From assembly GCA_041645075.1 (NCBI GenBank), contig JBAZQS010000001.1:9147-73146 (forward strand): a stretch of DNA of 64,000 nucleotides, read 5' to 3'. The stretch's first letter is position 1, and each line of letters opens with the position of its first letter. A model generated the notes under the pieces. It saw only the letters and a list, made by a program, of their open reading frames with translations. It searched no databases and was not told where the DNA came from. This DNA is from Patescibacteria group bacterium. Lineage in GTDB: Bacteria > Patescibacteriota > Patescibacteriia > 2-01-FULL-39-33. The position numbers were made by a program, and so were the translations under genes. Shown here in pieces: positions 8,400-18,727 of the stretch.

Positions 8400-8855
8400 T
8401 TATCTTTTCAATGACCTTCGTATTTCCCTGTCCGCTTCTCTCTTTTTAATACTTTCCCGCTTATCAATTTTGGTTTTGCCTTTGGCTAAGGCGATATCAA
8501 CCTTGATTAATCCCTTTATAGTATATACGGCAGTGGGTATAATTGTCAACCCCTTTTGTTTGCTTTTGCCGATCAAGGAATTAATTTCTTTCTTGCGCAA
8601 AAGCAATTTTTTTTGGCGCTCCGGCTGATAATTGGCTTGGACATTTTGCGCCGGCTTATAGCGGGCAATATGGCAATTGACCAGCCAAAGCTCGCTCTGG
8701 CCGTCAATAATGACATAGCTGCCCTTCAAGCTGATTTGCCCGCCCTTGACCGATTTAACTTCCGGCCCGGTTAAAACAATTCCGGCTTGGTATGTTTCAA
8801 TAACTTCATAATTAAAAAGCCCCTCCTTGTTTTGGTTGATGATTTTTTTTGACAT
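8400..8855 (-). CDS. smpB: SsrA-binding protein
   Basis: AGIVLTGPEVKS..KLLLRKKEI..AKGK..DKRE. Confidence 0.97.
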   Translation of the reverse strand: MSKKIINQNKEGLFNYEVIETYQAGIVLTGPEVKSVKGGQISLKGSYVIIDGQSELWLVNCHIARYKPAQNVQANYQPERQKKLLLRKKEINSLIGKSKQKGLTIIPTAVYTIKGLIKVDIALAKGKTKIDKRESIKKREADREIRRSLKR

Positions 8856-8874
8856 AGCATTAATATTCTTCCTC

Positions 8875-8903
8875 TTGACCTCGGCTTATAACTACGGTAT
8901 AAT
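8875..8903 (+). promoter_or_regulatory. sigma70 promoter of the AI-2E gene
   Basis: TTGACC-17nt-TATAAT. Confidence 0.65.
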
Positions 8904-8927
8904 TTAATTAAATTAATATTTATATCC

Positions 8928-9986
8928 GTGGCGGCTCAAAGCAATCAGAAAAACATTACCATTAATATTTCTTCGTTAACCTTGATGAAGGTCTTGTTTA
9001 TCATTGCCTTGGTCGGACTGCTGTTTTATATTAAAAGCGTTTTATTAATAATTTTTGTGGCTTTGATTTTGGCGTCGGCGCTTGACCCGTGGGTGGATTG
9101 GCTGCAAAAACATAAAATTCCCCGATCCTTTAGCATTCTTCTGATTTATTTGGTTTTACTGTCGGTTATCGGCGGCATTATTTATTTAATCATACCACCA
9201 ATAGTCAAGGAAGTGAACCAGTTAACCGCCGACTTTCCGGTCTATTGGCAAAATATAATTAAGACCTTTGCCGATTTTCAAAATTATTCCGACAGTCACG
9301 GCTGGTCAGCCAATATTCAGAGTTCTTTAAAAGTCCTGCAAACCAATATCGGCGGAGTAGCGGGCGATGTTTTTAGCACTATATTTTCTTTCTTTGGCGG
9401 CGTCATTTCATTTCTTATTATTTTAGTGATCACTTTTTATCTCACCGTAGAAGAAAAATCCCTAAAACGACTAATTCGTTCGCTCGTGCCCGTAAAGTAT
9501 CAGCCCTATTTTACCCACTTGGTTAATCGGATACAAGAGAAAATCGGCCAATGGTTGCGCGGCCAGCTAATACTTTCTTTGATAATTTTTGTGGTTGTTT
9601 TTTTGGGGTTGACGATTTTGGGCGTAAAATATGCTTTGGTCTTGGCCTTGTTTGCCGGTATTACTGAATTGATTCCTTATCTGGGGCCGACCATTGGCGC
9701 CATTCCGGCGGTTTTTATCGCTTTCACTCAATCACCCATGCTCGCTCTTTTTGTGATTTTACTTTATATTTTAGTTCAATTTTTGGAAAATCATATTATC
9801 GTGCCCAAAGTCATGCAGAAAGCGGTCGGACTTAATCCGGTGGTGGTAATCGTGGCCATGCTGATTGGCGCTAAATTGGCCGGTATCTTGGGCGTGATTT
9901 TAGCCGTGCCCGTGACCACGGCCCTGGGCGTTATTTTGAGCGACTTTATTGAAATAAAACAGGAAGAGGGGGATATAGAAGTATAA
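8928..9986 (+). CDS. AI-2E (PerM) family transporter
   Basis: Multi-TM; LIPYLGP, QFLENHIIVPKVM, GVILAVP motifs. Confidence 0.92.
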   Translation: MAAQSNQKNITINISSLTLMKVLFIIALVGLLFYIKSVLLIIFVALILASALDPWVDWLQKHKIPRSFSILLIYLVLLSVIGGIIYLIIPPIVKEVNQLTADFPVYWQNIIKTFADFQNYSDSHGWSANIQSSLKVLQTNIGGVAGDVFSTIFSFFGGVISFLIILVITFYLTVEEKSLKRLIRSLVPVKYQPYFTHLVNRIQEKIGQWLRGQLILSLIIFVVVFLGLTILGVKYALVLALFAGITELIPYLGPTIGAIPAVFIAFTQSPMLALFVILLYILVQFLENHIIVPKVMQKAVGLNPVVVIVAMLIGAKLAGILGVILAVPVTTALGVILSDFIEIKQEEGDIEV

Positions 9987-10073
9987 TAGAAGTATAAATG
10001 TTAAAATTTACATATATATAATAAATAAATTTTTGACGGGTTTGGAAAAACCCTCAAAATAAAGGACAAAGAA

Positions 10074-10625
10074 ATGGTTTACAAAAAAAGTCGACAACAA
10101 ATGTCAGAAATGATTGATGATGACCAAGAGGCCAAAGATTTCGGTTCTCGGGGCGGCCATAAGGGCGGGAAATTAGGCCGGGTTATTATTACTCTCGTGG
10201 TAATAATAATTATTGTGGTTGGGGGTTGGTATTTGCTGGGTAGATACACCAACATTAGTTTGCCGGGTCTTGGCGGCCAGGCCTCTAATGATTGGCAAGC
10301 GGTATTTTTATCCAATGGCCAAGTTTATTTCGGGAAAATTAAAGCTGCTTCAAAGAAGCAAGTCGTCTTGGCCGACATCTATTACCTTCAAGTAGTAGAG
10401 GTGCCTCTGCAAACAACTCAAACAGGCGCGGGCGAGGCGCCTAAAACCCAACAGGAATTAAAGCTGATCAAATTGGGCAATGAACTGCACGGGCCGGTTG
10501 ATGAAATGATTATCAATCCCGACCATGTATTGCTCACCGAAAGATTAAAAAATGATTCCCGCGTCGTTCAGGCCATAAACAACTATTTGGCCGAGCAAAA
10601 GAAGGCGGCCGCGCCAAAGAAATAG
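10074..10625 (+). CDS. Conserved hypothetical membrane-anchored protein
   Basis: Single TM; WQAVFLSNGQVYFG / LIKLGNELHGP pattern I recall from CPR proteins. Confidence 0.75.
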   Translation: MVYKKSRQQMSEMIDDDQEAKDFGSRGGHKGGKLGRVIITLVVIIIIVVGGWYLLGRYTNISLPGLGGQASNDWQAVFLSNGQVYFGKIKAASKKQVVLADIYYLQVVEVPLQTTQTGAGEAPKTQQELKLIKLGNELHGPVDEMIINPDHVLLTERLKNDSRVVQAINNYLAEQKKAAAPKK

Positions 10626-10650
10626 GTTAATCGTTTTTTTACCAATCCCG

Positions 10651-10690
10651 ACCCGCCCCCCACTTTATTAAAGTGGGGGGCGGGGTTTTT
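10651..10690 (+). terminator. Intrinsic terminator
   Basis: CCCGCCCCCCACTTT/AAAGTGGGGGGCGGG hairpin plus T-run. Confidence 0.7.
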
Positions 10691-10740
10691 GGTTATGGGC
10701 GCAATGGTGCGGGATGAATTATTTTATGATATAATTTCAT

Positions 10741-10919
10741 TGAGCTGGTTACAAAACTATATTTCTCTAAATTTGTCCTTTTCGGCTGCGACTGCGTCGG
10801 GCTGGCGCAAAAAGATTTTCACCGTAGCCGCTGCTACGGCTCAAATCTTTTTCCTGGCCCTCCTTGTCTCGCTCAAAAAGTCCTAAATTTATAGATAAAA
10901 TAGTTTTGTAACCAGCTCA
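10741..10919. mobile_element. MITE-like non-coding element with 19-bp terminal inverted repeats
   Basis: TGAGCTGGTTACAAAACTA ... TAGTTTTGTAACCAGCTCA; central CCGTAGC-CGCT-GCTACGG hairpin; no clear target-site duplication. Confidence 0.55.
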
Positions 10920-10937
10920 TTATAAATATCGTCTAAA

Positions 10938-11996
10938 ATGGAAGAGAAAAAAATCAGAAAAAAGTCATTAGCGAAGATTGGGAGCGATAAAATAGCTAAA
11001 AGGCAGACGGAAAAGACAGCGGCGGACAAATTAGCTGAAGGAAACGAGCTTTTCTTGGGCAATGGTTTTGGTTACTTAACTTTAAACTCGGCGACGAAAG
11101 GAACTTCATTTAGCGTGAGCTATTTAACGGGTGTGGCTCGCCAGGGAAGGCTCAAGGCCTTTAAGGTGGGCGATGATTGGCTTACGACAAGAGAATGGTT
11201 TGTTGAATTTCAAAAAACCATAAAAGAAAAAGTGGAAAATGAAATTTTAAGCGATGGCTGGGTCGTTGATTCGGGCCGCGCCTTTGAAAATCAATGGGTT
11301 AAACTTTCTCCAAAGAAAAAAAGAATTAAATTTAATTTTAAATTGCCGGTAAAATATTCTTTGGCGGCGGTTTTGTTAGTGGCAATCATCGGCAATAGCG
11401 CCATCTTTACTAAAAGCCAGCCGGATAGAGCGTATAATTTTTTAATTCGCGCCGGTAAAATATCGGACCGCAGATTTATGGTGGCTAATAATTTTTTAAC
11501 TATCACCAACTTGGTTTATGGGTTTCCCTTAAAAGCCGGAATCTCGGCGCAGTTAAAATATTTTTCATTTCTAAATGGCTTTAGCGGGGGAGTATTATAT
11601 TCTTTAAATAACTTTAATCACTCTATTTTAAAAGGCGGCGATTATACGGTGTCGGAAGTCAGACGGGTGGGTCTGGCTTTGGCTTATGCCGGCCGATTAG
11701 CCGGTAATTTAAAATTTTCCGATGAAAAAATAACCGGGTCTTGGCATAATTTTGTCCAGAACGGCCGCTGGTCACGCCAGATGGCTCTTCAATGGGAAAA
11801 AATCGCCGGTTTCAATATGGCTGGGATATTTTCTAGGGGCAGGGTCGCCGGGGCGAGCGCTTCATTTAATAATGATGGCGCCGACGTTAAAAATTATAAA
11901 AATTCGTTATCAAAGGTTTTTTCCCATTGGGCGGTCGGCCAAATTGATAATATTCAGAAAATTCTTGAACAGGTAAAAAACTTATTAGATAAATAA
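10938..11996 (+). CDS. Hypothetical membrane protein with N-terminal excisionase-like HTH
   Basis: YLTL..S..YL..ARQGRLKAFKVGDDWLTTREW followed by a TM segment. Confidence 0.65.
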   Translation: MEEKKIRKKSLAKIGSDKIAKRQTEKTAADKLAEGNELFLGNGFGYLTLNSATKGTSFSVSYLTGVARQGRLKAFKVGDDWLTTREWFVEFQKTIKEKVENEILSDGWVVDSGRAFENQWVKLSPKKKRIKFNFKLPVKYSLAAVLLVAIIGNSAIFTKSQPDRAYNFLIRAGKISDRRFMVANNFLTITNLVYGFPLKAGISAQLKYFSFLNGFSGGVLYSLNNFNHSILKGGDYTVSEVRRVGLALAYAGRLAGNLKFSDEKITGSWHNFVQNGRWSRQMALQWEKIAGFNMAGIFSRGRVAGASASFNNDGADVKNYKNSLSKVFSHWAVGQIDNIQKILEQVKNLLDK

Positions 11997-12052
11997 GGCC
12001 GTTAAATCAGCTGTCTTTGGCTTATTGCCAAAATTGAATTTTTCGGATAAGA

Positions 12053-12117
12053 TTTACCCTGTGGAATGGCTATGCCAAAATTTTTGCCACAGCAAAAATT
12101 TTATTCCACAGGGTGAA
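12053..12117. repeat. Palindromic element upstream of glyQS
   Basis: TTTACCCTGTGGAAT/ATTCCACAGGGTGAA arms with an inner AAAATTTTTGC/GCAAAAATTTT hairpin. Confidence 0.6.
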
Positions 12118-12135
12118 GGCACTAATTTTTTTATT

Positions 12136-13536
12136 ATGGCGCCGGAAAAAAACGATTTAATGCCGAAAATTATTTCTCTCTGCAAGCGAAGGGGGATAAT
12201 TTTTCAATCGTCGGAAATTTATGGCGGCTTGGCCAACACCTGGGATTATGGCCCGGTCGGCGTGGAATTGAAAAATAATATAAAAAAGGCCTGGTGGAAA
12301 TATTTTGTCCAGGCGCGGGAAGACATGGTCGGCCTAGACGCGGCGATTTTTATGAATCCGGAGGTCTGGAAGGCCTCGGGCCATATAGACGGATTTTCTG
12401 ACGCCCTGATTGATTGCAAAGAATGCCAAGCCAGATTCAGAGCCGACCAATTAATTGAAGAAATATTGAATATGAGAGTTGATGGCAAGACGGTTGAAGA
12501 GCTGAATTCGATTATTGGGGAAAATAAATTAACCTGCCCGGCTTGCGGCGCTAAAAATTTTACCGAAGCCCGCCGTTTTAATTTGATGTTTAAAACATAT
12601 CAGGGCGTGATTGAAGATGACTCGTCAATAATTTATTTACGGCCGGAGACGGCGCAAGGCATCTTTGTGAATTTTAAAAATGTTTTGGCGTCAAGCCGAA
12701 AGAAACTGCCTTTTGGCATCGCGCAAATCGGCAAGTCATTCAGAAACGAGATTACGCCCGGCAACTTTATCTTCCGCACCCGCGAGTTTGAACAGATGGA
12801 AATAGAATATTTTATCAATCCGAAAAGCGATTGGGAGGAAAAGTTTAAAGAACTTCAGGAATTGATGTGGGGATTTTATATGGCCTACGGCGTGAAGGAA
12901 GAAAATTTAAAATGGCGCCAGCATGGCCAAAATGAATTGTCGCATTATTCAAAAATGACTTTTGACCTTGATTATAATTTTCCTTTCGGCTGGAAAGAAT
13001 TGGACGGCATTGCTTATCGCGCGGATTTTGATTTAGCCCAGCACCAAAAGCATTCAGGCGAGGATATGTCATATTTTGACCCGGAAACAAAGGAAAATTT
13101 TATTCCCCATTGTCTTGAGCCGACTTTCGGCGTTGATCGGAATGCGCTGGTTTTTTTATTGGACGCGTATCAAGAAGAGGAAGCGCCGACCGCCGACGGC
13201 GAGATGGAAACGCGAGTGGTTTTAAAATTACATCAAGACATCGCCCCGATTAAAATTGCGGTTTTGCCTTTATCAAAGAAAGATGACTTATCACAACTCT
13301 CCAAAGAGGTCTGGAAGAAATTATCGCCGCATTGGCAAACTGAATATGATGAGACGCAAAGCATCGGCAAAAGATATCGCCGGCAAGATGAGATTGGCAC
13401 GCCTTATTGCGTCACGGTTGATTTTGAAAGTTTGGCCGATAAGGCCGTCACCATCCGAGACCGAGACACCATGAAGCAGGATAGGGTGAAAATAGATGAA
13501 TTGGTCGGTTATTTTAAAGGTAAGTTTGGTTGCTAA
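12136..13536 (+). CDS. glyQS: Glycine--tRNA ligase (homodimeric type)
   Basis: SEIYGG, YLRPETAQGIF, FRNEITP, SIGKRYRRQDEIGTP; start set at ATG 12136. Confidence 0.96.
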   Translation: MAPEKNDLMPKIISLCKRRGIIFQSSEIYGGLANTWDYGPVGVELKNNIKKAWWKYFVQAREDMVGLDAAIFMNPEVWKASGHIDGFSDALIDCKECQARFRADQLIEEILNMRVDGKTVEELNSIIGENKLTCPACGAKNFTEARRFNLMFKTYQGVIEDDSSIIYLRPETAQGIFVNFKNVLASSRKKLPFGIAQIGKSFRNEITPGNFIFRTREFEQMEIEYFINPKSDWEEKFKELQELMWGFYMAYGVKEENLKWRQHGQNELSHYSKMTFDLDYNFPFGWKELDGIAYRADFDLAQHQKHSGEDMSYFDPETKENFIPHCLEPTFGVDRNALVFLLDAYQEEEAPTADGEMETRVVLKLHQDIAPIKIAVLPLSKKDDLSQLSKEVWKKLSPHWQTEYDETQSIGKRYRRQDEIGTPYCVTVDFESLADKAVTIRDRDTMKQDRVKIDELVGYFKGKFGC

Positions 13537-13551
13537 AATTGAAAATTATTT

Positions 13552-14817
13552 ATGTATACTAAAATAATTTTAAAAAATAATGTTCGCTTAATTCTGGCGC
13601 CCCTAAAAGAATCCAAAGCCGTGACGCTTTTGGTCTTATTTAAAGTGGGCTCGCGCCATGAGGGCGCCAAAAACAGCGGCATTTCCCATTTTATAGAGCA
13701 TATGATGTTTAAAGGCACCAAGAAAAGGCCCAATACTTTAGCCATTTCCAAAGAGCTTGACGGCGTGGGCGCGGAATTCAATGCGTTTACCGGCAAGGAT
13801 TACACCGGCTATTATATCAAAGCCGATTCTCGGCATTTGGGCCTGGCGGTTGAGGTTTTGTCGGACATGCTTTTAAATTCTAAATTTGACCATAAGGAAG
13901 TGGAAAGAGAAAAGGGCGTTATTATTGAAGAAATAAATATGTACGAGGATAATCCTTTAATGTATGTTGACGATTTATTGGAACAGCTTATGTTCAAAAA
14001 TGAGCCGCTGGGGCGCTCCATCGCCGGCACTCGCGAAACCGTGAGGAATTTGGATAATGAAAAATTAATCGCTTATCGCGATAAATTTTATCAAGGAGCC
14101 AATATTGTCATTGGCTTAGTGGGTAATTTTAAGCAAAATAATGTTCGGGAAATTGAGCGAAGTTTTAAATTTAAAAAAAGCGAGGGCAAGAATAAATTTA
14201 AGCCGGTCGCGCTCAACCAAATAAAACCACAAATTAAATTAAAATATAAGGAAACCGAGCAGACGCAAATCGCCTTGGGATTTTTCGCCTATCCTTATAA
14301 TGACCCGCGCCTTTACGCTTTGCAGATATTATCGGTAATTTTGGGCGGCAATATGAGCTCGCGGCTATTTTTAAAGATTAGGGAAAGGCATGGTTTGGCT
14401 TATTTTATCCGTTCCGGCCTGAGCATTTATGAAGATACCGGCGGACTGATTATTCAATCCGGCCTGGATAAAACCCGACTGGACAAGGCCCTGTCTCTGA
14501 TTTTGGCCGAACTGAAAAAAATAAAAAACGGCGTGAGCTTAGCTGAATTAAAGCGAGCCCAGGAATATTTGGCGGGGAAAATAATTCTTGATTTGGAAGA
14601 CACCTCCCATTTGTGCCAATGGTACGGCCAGCAAGAGCTATTGACAGATAAGATTTTGACGCCCGAGGAAAAAATTAATAAGATAATGGCAGTGACCGGA
14701 AATGAGGTGGAAAAAGCCGCTCAAGAAGTGATTGATTTTAAAAAAGCCAATTTAGCGATTATCGGGCCATTTAAGGACGAGAAACGATTTAATGAAATAT
14801 TGAGGAAAATGGCATAA
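13552..14817 (+). CDS. M16 family zinc peptidase
   Basis: Inverted zinc motif HFIEH, NAFT, SSRLF..IRERHGLAY. Confidence 0.94.
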   Translation: MYTKIILKNNVRLILAPLKESKAVTLLVLFKVGSRHEGAKNSGISHFIEHMMFKGTKKRPNTLAISKELDGVGAEFNAFTGKDYTGYYIKADSRHLGLAVEVLSDMLLNSKFDHKEVEREKGVIIEEINMYEDNPLMYVDDLLEQLMFKNEPLGRSIAGTRETVRNLDNEKLIAYRDKFYQGANIVIGLVGNFKQNNVREIERSFKFKKSEGKNKFKPVALNQIKPQIKLKYKETEQTQIALGFFAYPYNDPRLYALQILSVILGGNMSSRLFLKIRERHGLAYFIRSGLSIYEDTGGLIIQSGLDKTRLDKALSLILAELKKIKNGVSLAELKRAQEYLAGKIILDLEDTSHLCQWYGQQELLTDKILTPEEKINKIMAVTGNEVEKAAQEVIDFKKANLAIIGPFKDEKRFNEILRKMA

Positions 14818-14835
14818 TAATAATTTTATAATTTT

Positions 14836-16143
14836 ATGAGAATAGGGATTGATTGCCGCACAATTTTAAACCCCGGCGCCGGCGAACAGGCGGGCGTGGG
14901 CCATTACACTTATTATTTAGTGAAGACCTTATTGGCGATTGATAGGGCTAATACTTATGTTTTGTTTTTTGACAGCCGGTTTAAAAAGGCAAAAGAATTT
15001 GCGGCCGGTAATGTGGAAATAAAATTTTTCCCCTTTTACCAATATAAAAAATATTTGCCGGTTTTTTATTCGCAAATGTTAGTGAGCGCTGTTTTGGAAA
15101 GAGAAAAACTTGATTTATTCCATTCGCCCGCCAATGTGCTGCCGCTTTTTTACCGCAAGCCGGCCGTCATTACCATTCACGATTTGGCCATTTATAAGTA
15201 TCCGCGGTTTTTCCCTCAGAAATTTTTAAATCGCCAGACGCTTTCCACAAAGGTCTTGGTGCCGCGTTCATTGGAAAGAGCGGCGAAAATAATCGCCGTT
15301 TCTAAAAATACCAAAACCGATATTATAGAAGAATTCGGCATTGCCGAGGAAAGAATAGAGGTAATTTATGAAGGCGTCATTAACCAGGACAACGAACGGC
15401 TCAACCAGATTGATTTTGAAAAAATAAAAAATAAATTCGGCATTAAAGATAAATATCTTCTTTTTTTGGGGACGATAGAGCCGAGAAAAAATATCATCGG
15501 CTTAATCAAGGCCTTCAGGGATTTGTCTCTGACTTATGATTCGCCGGCCAAAGATTATCAGTTAATAATCGCTGGTGCTCACGGCTGGAAAGTTAAGCCG
15601 GTATATGAAGCGATTGCCAATGCCAACGCGAGCATCATGGGCGAACAAAAGCATTTAAGAAACGGCCGAGAGCGCCGAAGCGGTTTGGATTTGAGAGGCG
15701 AGGCCAGAATTAAAAAAGAAGGAGAGAGAAGGCAGGGCCGGGAACGGCGCCGGGGCATGCCGATAAAACACATTGGTTATGTTTCTCGTTTGGAAAAGAT
15801 TATGTTATTGCGACACGCGACCTGTTTTGTCTTTCCCAGCTTATACGAGGGATTTGGCTTGCCGGTTTTGGAAGCCATGGACTTGGGCACGCCGGTCATT
15901 ACTTCAAATTTAAGTTCTTTGCCGGAAATTGTCGGCGAAAAAGGAGCGCTGATGGTAAATCCCAATAAGGAATCAGAATTAATTGACGCCTTGCAGCAAA
16001 TTTTAACCGATGTCGGCTTGAGAGAGGTTTTAAGTGTTAGCGGCAAAAACCAAGCCAAAGAATTCACTTGGAAAAAATGCGCGGAAAAAACATTGGCTGT
16101 TTATCAATCAGTGATTGATAAAGCGGTTCATAAAACTATATAG
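14836..16143 (+). CDS. GT4 glycosyltransferase with Arg-rich insertion
   Basis: GTIEPRKN, PSLYEGFGLPVLEAM. Confidence 0.93.
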   Translation: MRIGIDCRTILNPGAGEQAGVGHYTYYLVKTLLAIDRANTYVLFFDSRFKKAKEFAAGNVEIKFFPFYQYKKYLPVFYSQMLVSAVLEREKLDLFHSPANVLPLFYRKPAVITIHDLAIYKYPRFFPQKFLNRQTLSTKVLVPRSLERAAKIIAVSKNTKTDIIEEFGIAEERIEVIYEGVINQDNERLNQIDFEKIKNKFGIKDKYLLFLGTIEPRKNIIGLIKAFRDLSLTYDSPAKDYQLIIAGAHGWKVKPVYEAIANANASIMGEQKHLRNGRERRSGLDLRGEARIKKEGERRQGRERRRGMPIKHIGYVSRLEKIMLLRHATCFVFPSLYEGFGLPVLEAMDLGTPVITSNLSSLPEIVGEKGALMVNPNKESELIDALQQILTDVGLREVLSVSGKNQAKEFTWKKCAEKTLAVYQSVIDKAVHKTI

Positions 16144-16160
16144 GGATGATTTTAAAAATT

Positions 16161-16189
16161 ACCCCCCACTATAATCATAGTGGGGGGTT
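16161..16189. terminator. Bidirectional hairpin terminator between convergent genes
   Basis: ACCCCCCACTAT/ATAGTGGGGGGT. Confidence 0.65.
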
Positions 16190-16689
16190 TAAAATAAAGC
16201 AATCAGCCAGAAAATAATTATAAATGTTATGACTTGCATTAAGACGCCCCATCTTAAGGGAATGTCTTTTTTTATTTTATTAAGCCAGAGATAATGGATT
16301 TTAGAATGCAGGTCAAAAAACCATTTTAAAAATTTGAATTTTCCCACCATATAAATTCCCACCAAAGCATCGGGCAGAATGCCGCCGATAATCGCCCAAG
16401 TCACACTATCGCTGTCGGCGAACTCAAATGTCCTGAATAAATAAAGCAAAAAGCCGATTAGAGCCAACGCGTCAATAATGCCGTATAAGGCCAAAATTCT
16501 AATTCCCTTTTTTTCTCGGGGAATTAAGTTAAAACGGAAGCCGAAAAATTTTTTGCCGAGTTTTTGGTCGCCGTGAGGAATGATATCCAAAATAAAATGA
16601 GAAATTAGGCCGAGGACAAAGGCCAGTGGGACGCTGGCCACTTTTTTGCCGATAAGCGTGGCCGCGGCCGCATGAACGGTGATGAACAT
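16189..16689 (-). CDS. Membrane protein, possible membrane-bound metal-dependent hydrolase
   Basis: MFITVH..SHFILDIIPHGD..LPD..H motif pattern; start ATG at 16689 (the longer ORF runs through repeats). Confidence 0.65.
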   Translation of the reverse strand: MFITVHAAAATLIGKKVASVPLAFVLGLISHFILDIIPHGDQKLGKKFFGFRFNLIPREKKGIRILALYGIIDALALIGFLLYLFRTFEFADSDSVTWAIIGGILPDALVGIYMVGKFKFLKWFFDLHSKIHYLWLNKIKKDIPLRWGVLMQVITFIIIFWLIALF

Positions 16690-16714
16690 GGTTTTATAGA
16701 TTTTTATTTTGAGA

Positions 16715-16894
16715 TTCCGCCGAATACCTCGCGGTAATCCGCGAGGATGAGGCGGAAGTCTATGATTTAATCTGTGAGCTTTTGCCGATTCGCCAACAGG
16801 CGAAAAAGGCAAAAGCGAACACTGATCAAAAGAGGATTCCAAAGGGGCGCCCCCTTTGGTCGGTGGGCGGGAATCTAAATACCCCGCCCACCGA
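16715..16894. repeat. Cluster of palindromic elements
   Basis: TCCGCC..CCTCGCGG/CCGCGAGG..GGCGGA; GCTTTTGCC/GGCAAAAGC; CCAAAGGGG/CCCCTTTGG; TCGGTGGGCGGG/CCCGCCCACCGA. Confidence 0.6.
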
Positions 16895-17052
16895 AGCCTA
16901 CTTTATAATTTAAAAATCAATCAGGAACAGTATTAATTTTATCATAGTTGATTGGTTAAGGCAATGAGATTGAATTAAGGCGCGAATATTGAGGATTTTT
17001 TCGAGCGAAAAACAAGCGATTCGCCATTTTTATTATCTTATGGAGTGTGGTT

Positions 17053-18657
17053 TCATAATGTGATGTCCATAGGGGCGGTAACTGCAATCTCGGTTGCATC
17101 AGCCGCCGCCGGCTTATGGCTATTCATCAACAACTTATAGGTGTAACTATCCAGCAATGCGTTCCAGCAGGCCTCAATGATGTTTTCGTGGACCCCCATC
17201 GTTGTCCAAGTTTTACTGCCATCAGTGAAATCGACCAGCACTCTCACTTTAGCGGCCGTCCCTCTGACGGCATCAATAATCCGAACCTTAAAGTCGATCA
17301 ATTTTACTAATTCAAGGTCAGGATAGATTTTGCGCAATTTACGTCGCAACACCTCATCCAGGGCATTGACCGGACCATCACCAGCGGCATTATGCCATTG
17401 GTCTTCGCCCGCCACTTTCATTTTAAGATTAGCTTCAGTTTGGATCGGCTGATTTTCCCACTTATTAATAGTAATCCGTAGCCCGACAAACTCGAAAAAT
17501 TTTGGTAATTGACCCAGTTCTCGAAGAACAAAAAGGAGAAAAGAAGCGTCAGCGGCGCCAAAATTCGCCCCCATGTCAACTAGCTCCTGATGGCGAGCCG
17601 CGATGGCAGTCAATTTATCATCAGGAATATCAATTCCCAGGTGTTTAGCTTTGGCGGTAATATTTGCCCGACCAGATTGATCGGTTACTCCTCCTCGCAT
17701 ACGATTGCCGATCAACTCGGGGTTAGCATGAAAATAGCTGCCTGGATCACGTTCTAGCCCGGACTCATGCATACCGGCCTCGGTATAAAAAGCCGAATCG
17801 CCAACCCAGGGTTTCTTGGGATCCGGAGTAATATTAAGGGCATCGCAAACCAGCAGGTAAACTCGCGTCAGTCGCTTAAGTTGGTTGGGGTTAAAACTCT
17901 TGTTGCCATAATTAAAGCAAATATTGGGGATGAAGGTGGTTAAGTCCATATTGCCCGTGCGTTCGCCAACACCGCCGATTGTCCCTTGGATATGACACAC
18001 CCCCTCACTGAAAGCGGCTTCGGCGTTAGCCAAAGCTAAACCTCGATCATTGTGGGTGTGAATTCCCAATTTTTTAATAGGAATTAATTCCTTAACGTTA
18101 GTAATCGTCTGAATAATCTTTTGCGGTGTCATTTTCCCGTTAGTGTCGCATAAAACGATCCAGTGAGCCCCTGATGTTAGGGCGGCTTCTAAGGCCTGGA
18201 GGGCATAATCACGGTCATCTTCCCAAAATGCCTGGAAAAAGTGTTCGGCATCAAAGATAACCTCTAAGTCAGCATTGGCAAGAGTAGTAATAGAATCTCT
18301 GATTAACTGCAGATTTTGCTCGGGGGTTTTGCGCAGGGAAATTTCCGCGTCACGTTTTCGGGATTTACCAACTAATACGGCTACCGGTACTTTCAGGCCT
18401 AAAATTGCCTTCACGTCATTAGGATGAGTTCGGCCAAATGCCGATACCTTAGCTTTTAAATTAAGATCAAGCGCCTTGGTAATTCTTAACCTCGCCGCCT
18501 CATTAGCCGTGGCGAATCCAAGTTCTAAATAAGAAACCCCTAAAGAGTCAATCGCTTGGATGGCCTGAATGATTTCCTGGCGATTAGCGGCTTCCACATT
18601 TTCCCCTTGGATGCCATCACGAAACGTCGTATCAAGAATTGATAATTTTAAATTCAT
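17053..18657 (-). CDS. cimA: Citramalate synthase (LeuA/CimA DRE-TIM family)
   Basis: DTTFRDGIQGE, IFDAEHFF, LCDTNG, HTHNDRG, GERTGN, AGMHESG, GDGPVNALD, WTTMGVHENIIEA regulatory domain. Confidence 0.85.
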   Translation of the reverse strand: MNLKLSILDTTFRDGIQGENVEAANRQEIIQAIQAIDSLGVSYLELGFATANEAARLRITKALDLNLKAKVSAFGRTHPNDVKAILGLKVPVAVLVGKSRKRDAEISLRKTPEQNLQLIRDSITTLANADLEVIFDAEHFFQAFWEDDRDYALQALEAALTSGAHWIVLCDTNGKMTPQKIIQTITNVKELIPIKKLGIHTHNDRGLALANAEAAFSEGVCHIQGTIGGVGERTGNMDLTTFIPNICFNYGNKSFNPNQLKRLTRVYLLVCDALNITPDPKKPWVGDSAFYTEAGMHESGLERDPGSYFHANPELIGNRMRGGVTDQSGRANITAKAKHLGIDIPDDKLTAIAARHQELVDMGANFGAADASFLLFVLRELGQLPKFFEFVGLRITINKWENQPIQTEANLKMKVAGEDQWHNAAGDGPVNALDEVLRRKLRKIYPDLELVKLIDFKVRIIDAVRGTAAKVRVLVDFTDGSKTWTTMGVHENIIEACWNALLDSYTYKLLMNSHKPAAADATEIAVTAPMDITL

Positions 18658-18727
18658 AACTAATTTAGATGATTTAACCCGTAGGTTGTTTTTCTTTCTG
18701 CGCCCGCCAGGCCGATAATATTTTTTA

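Noticed and set aside
12025-12135. N-terminal extensions in the ORF track (glyQS, and similarly parA, der, nrdG, Fic and 16189..16842)
   Set aside because: They run through promoters or palindromic repeats; downstream ATGs fit family starts better
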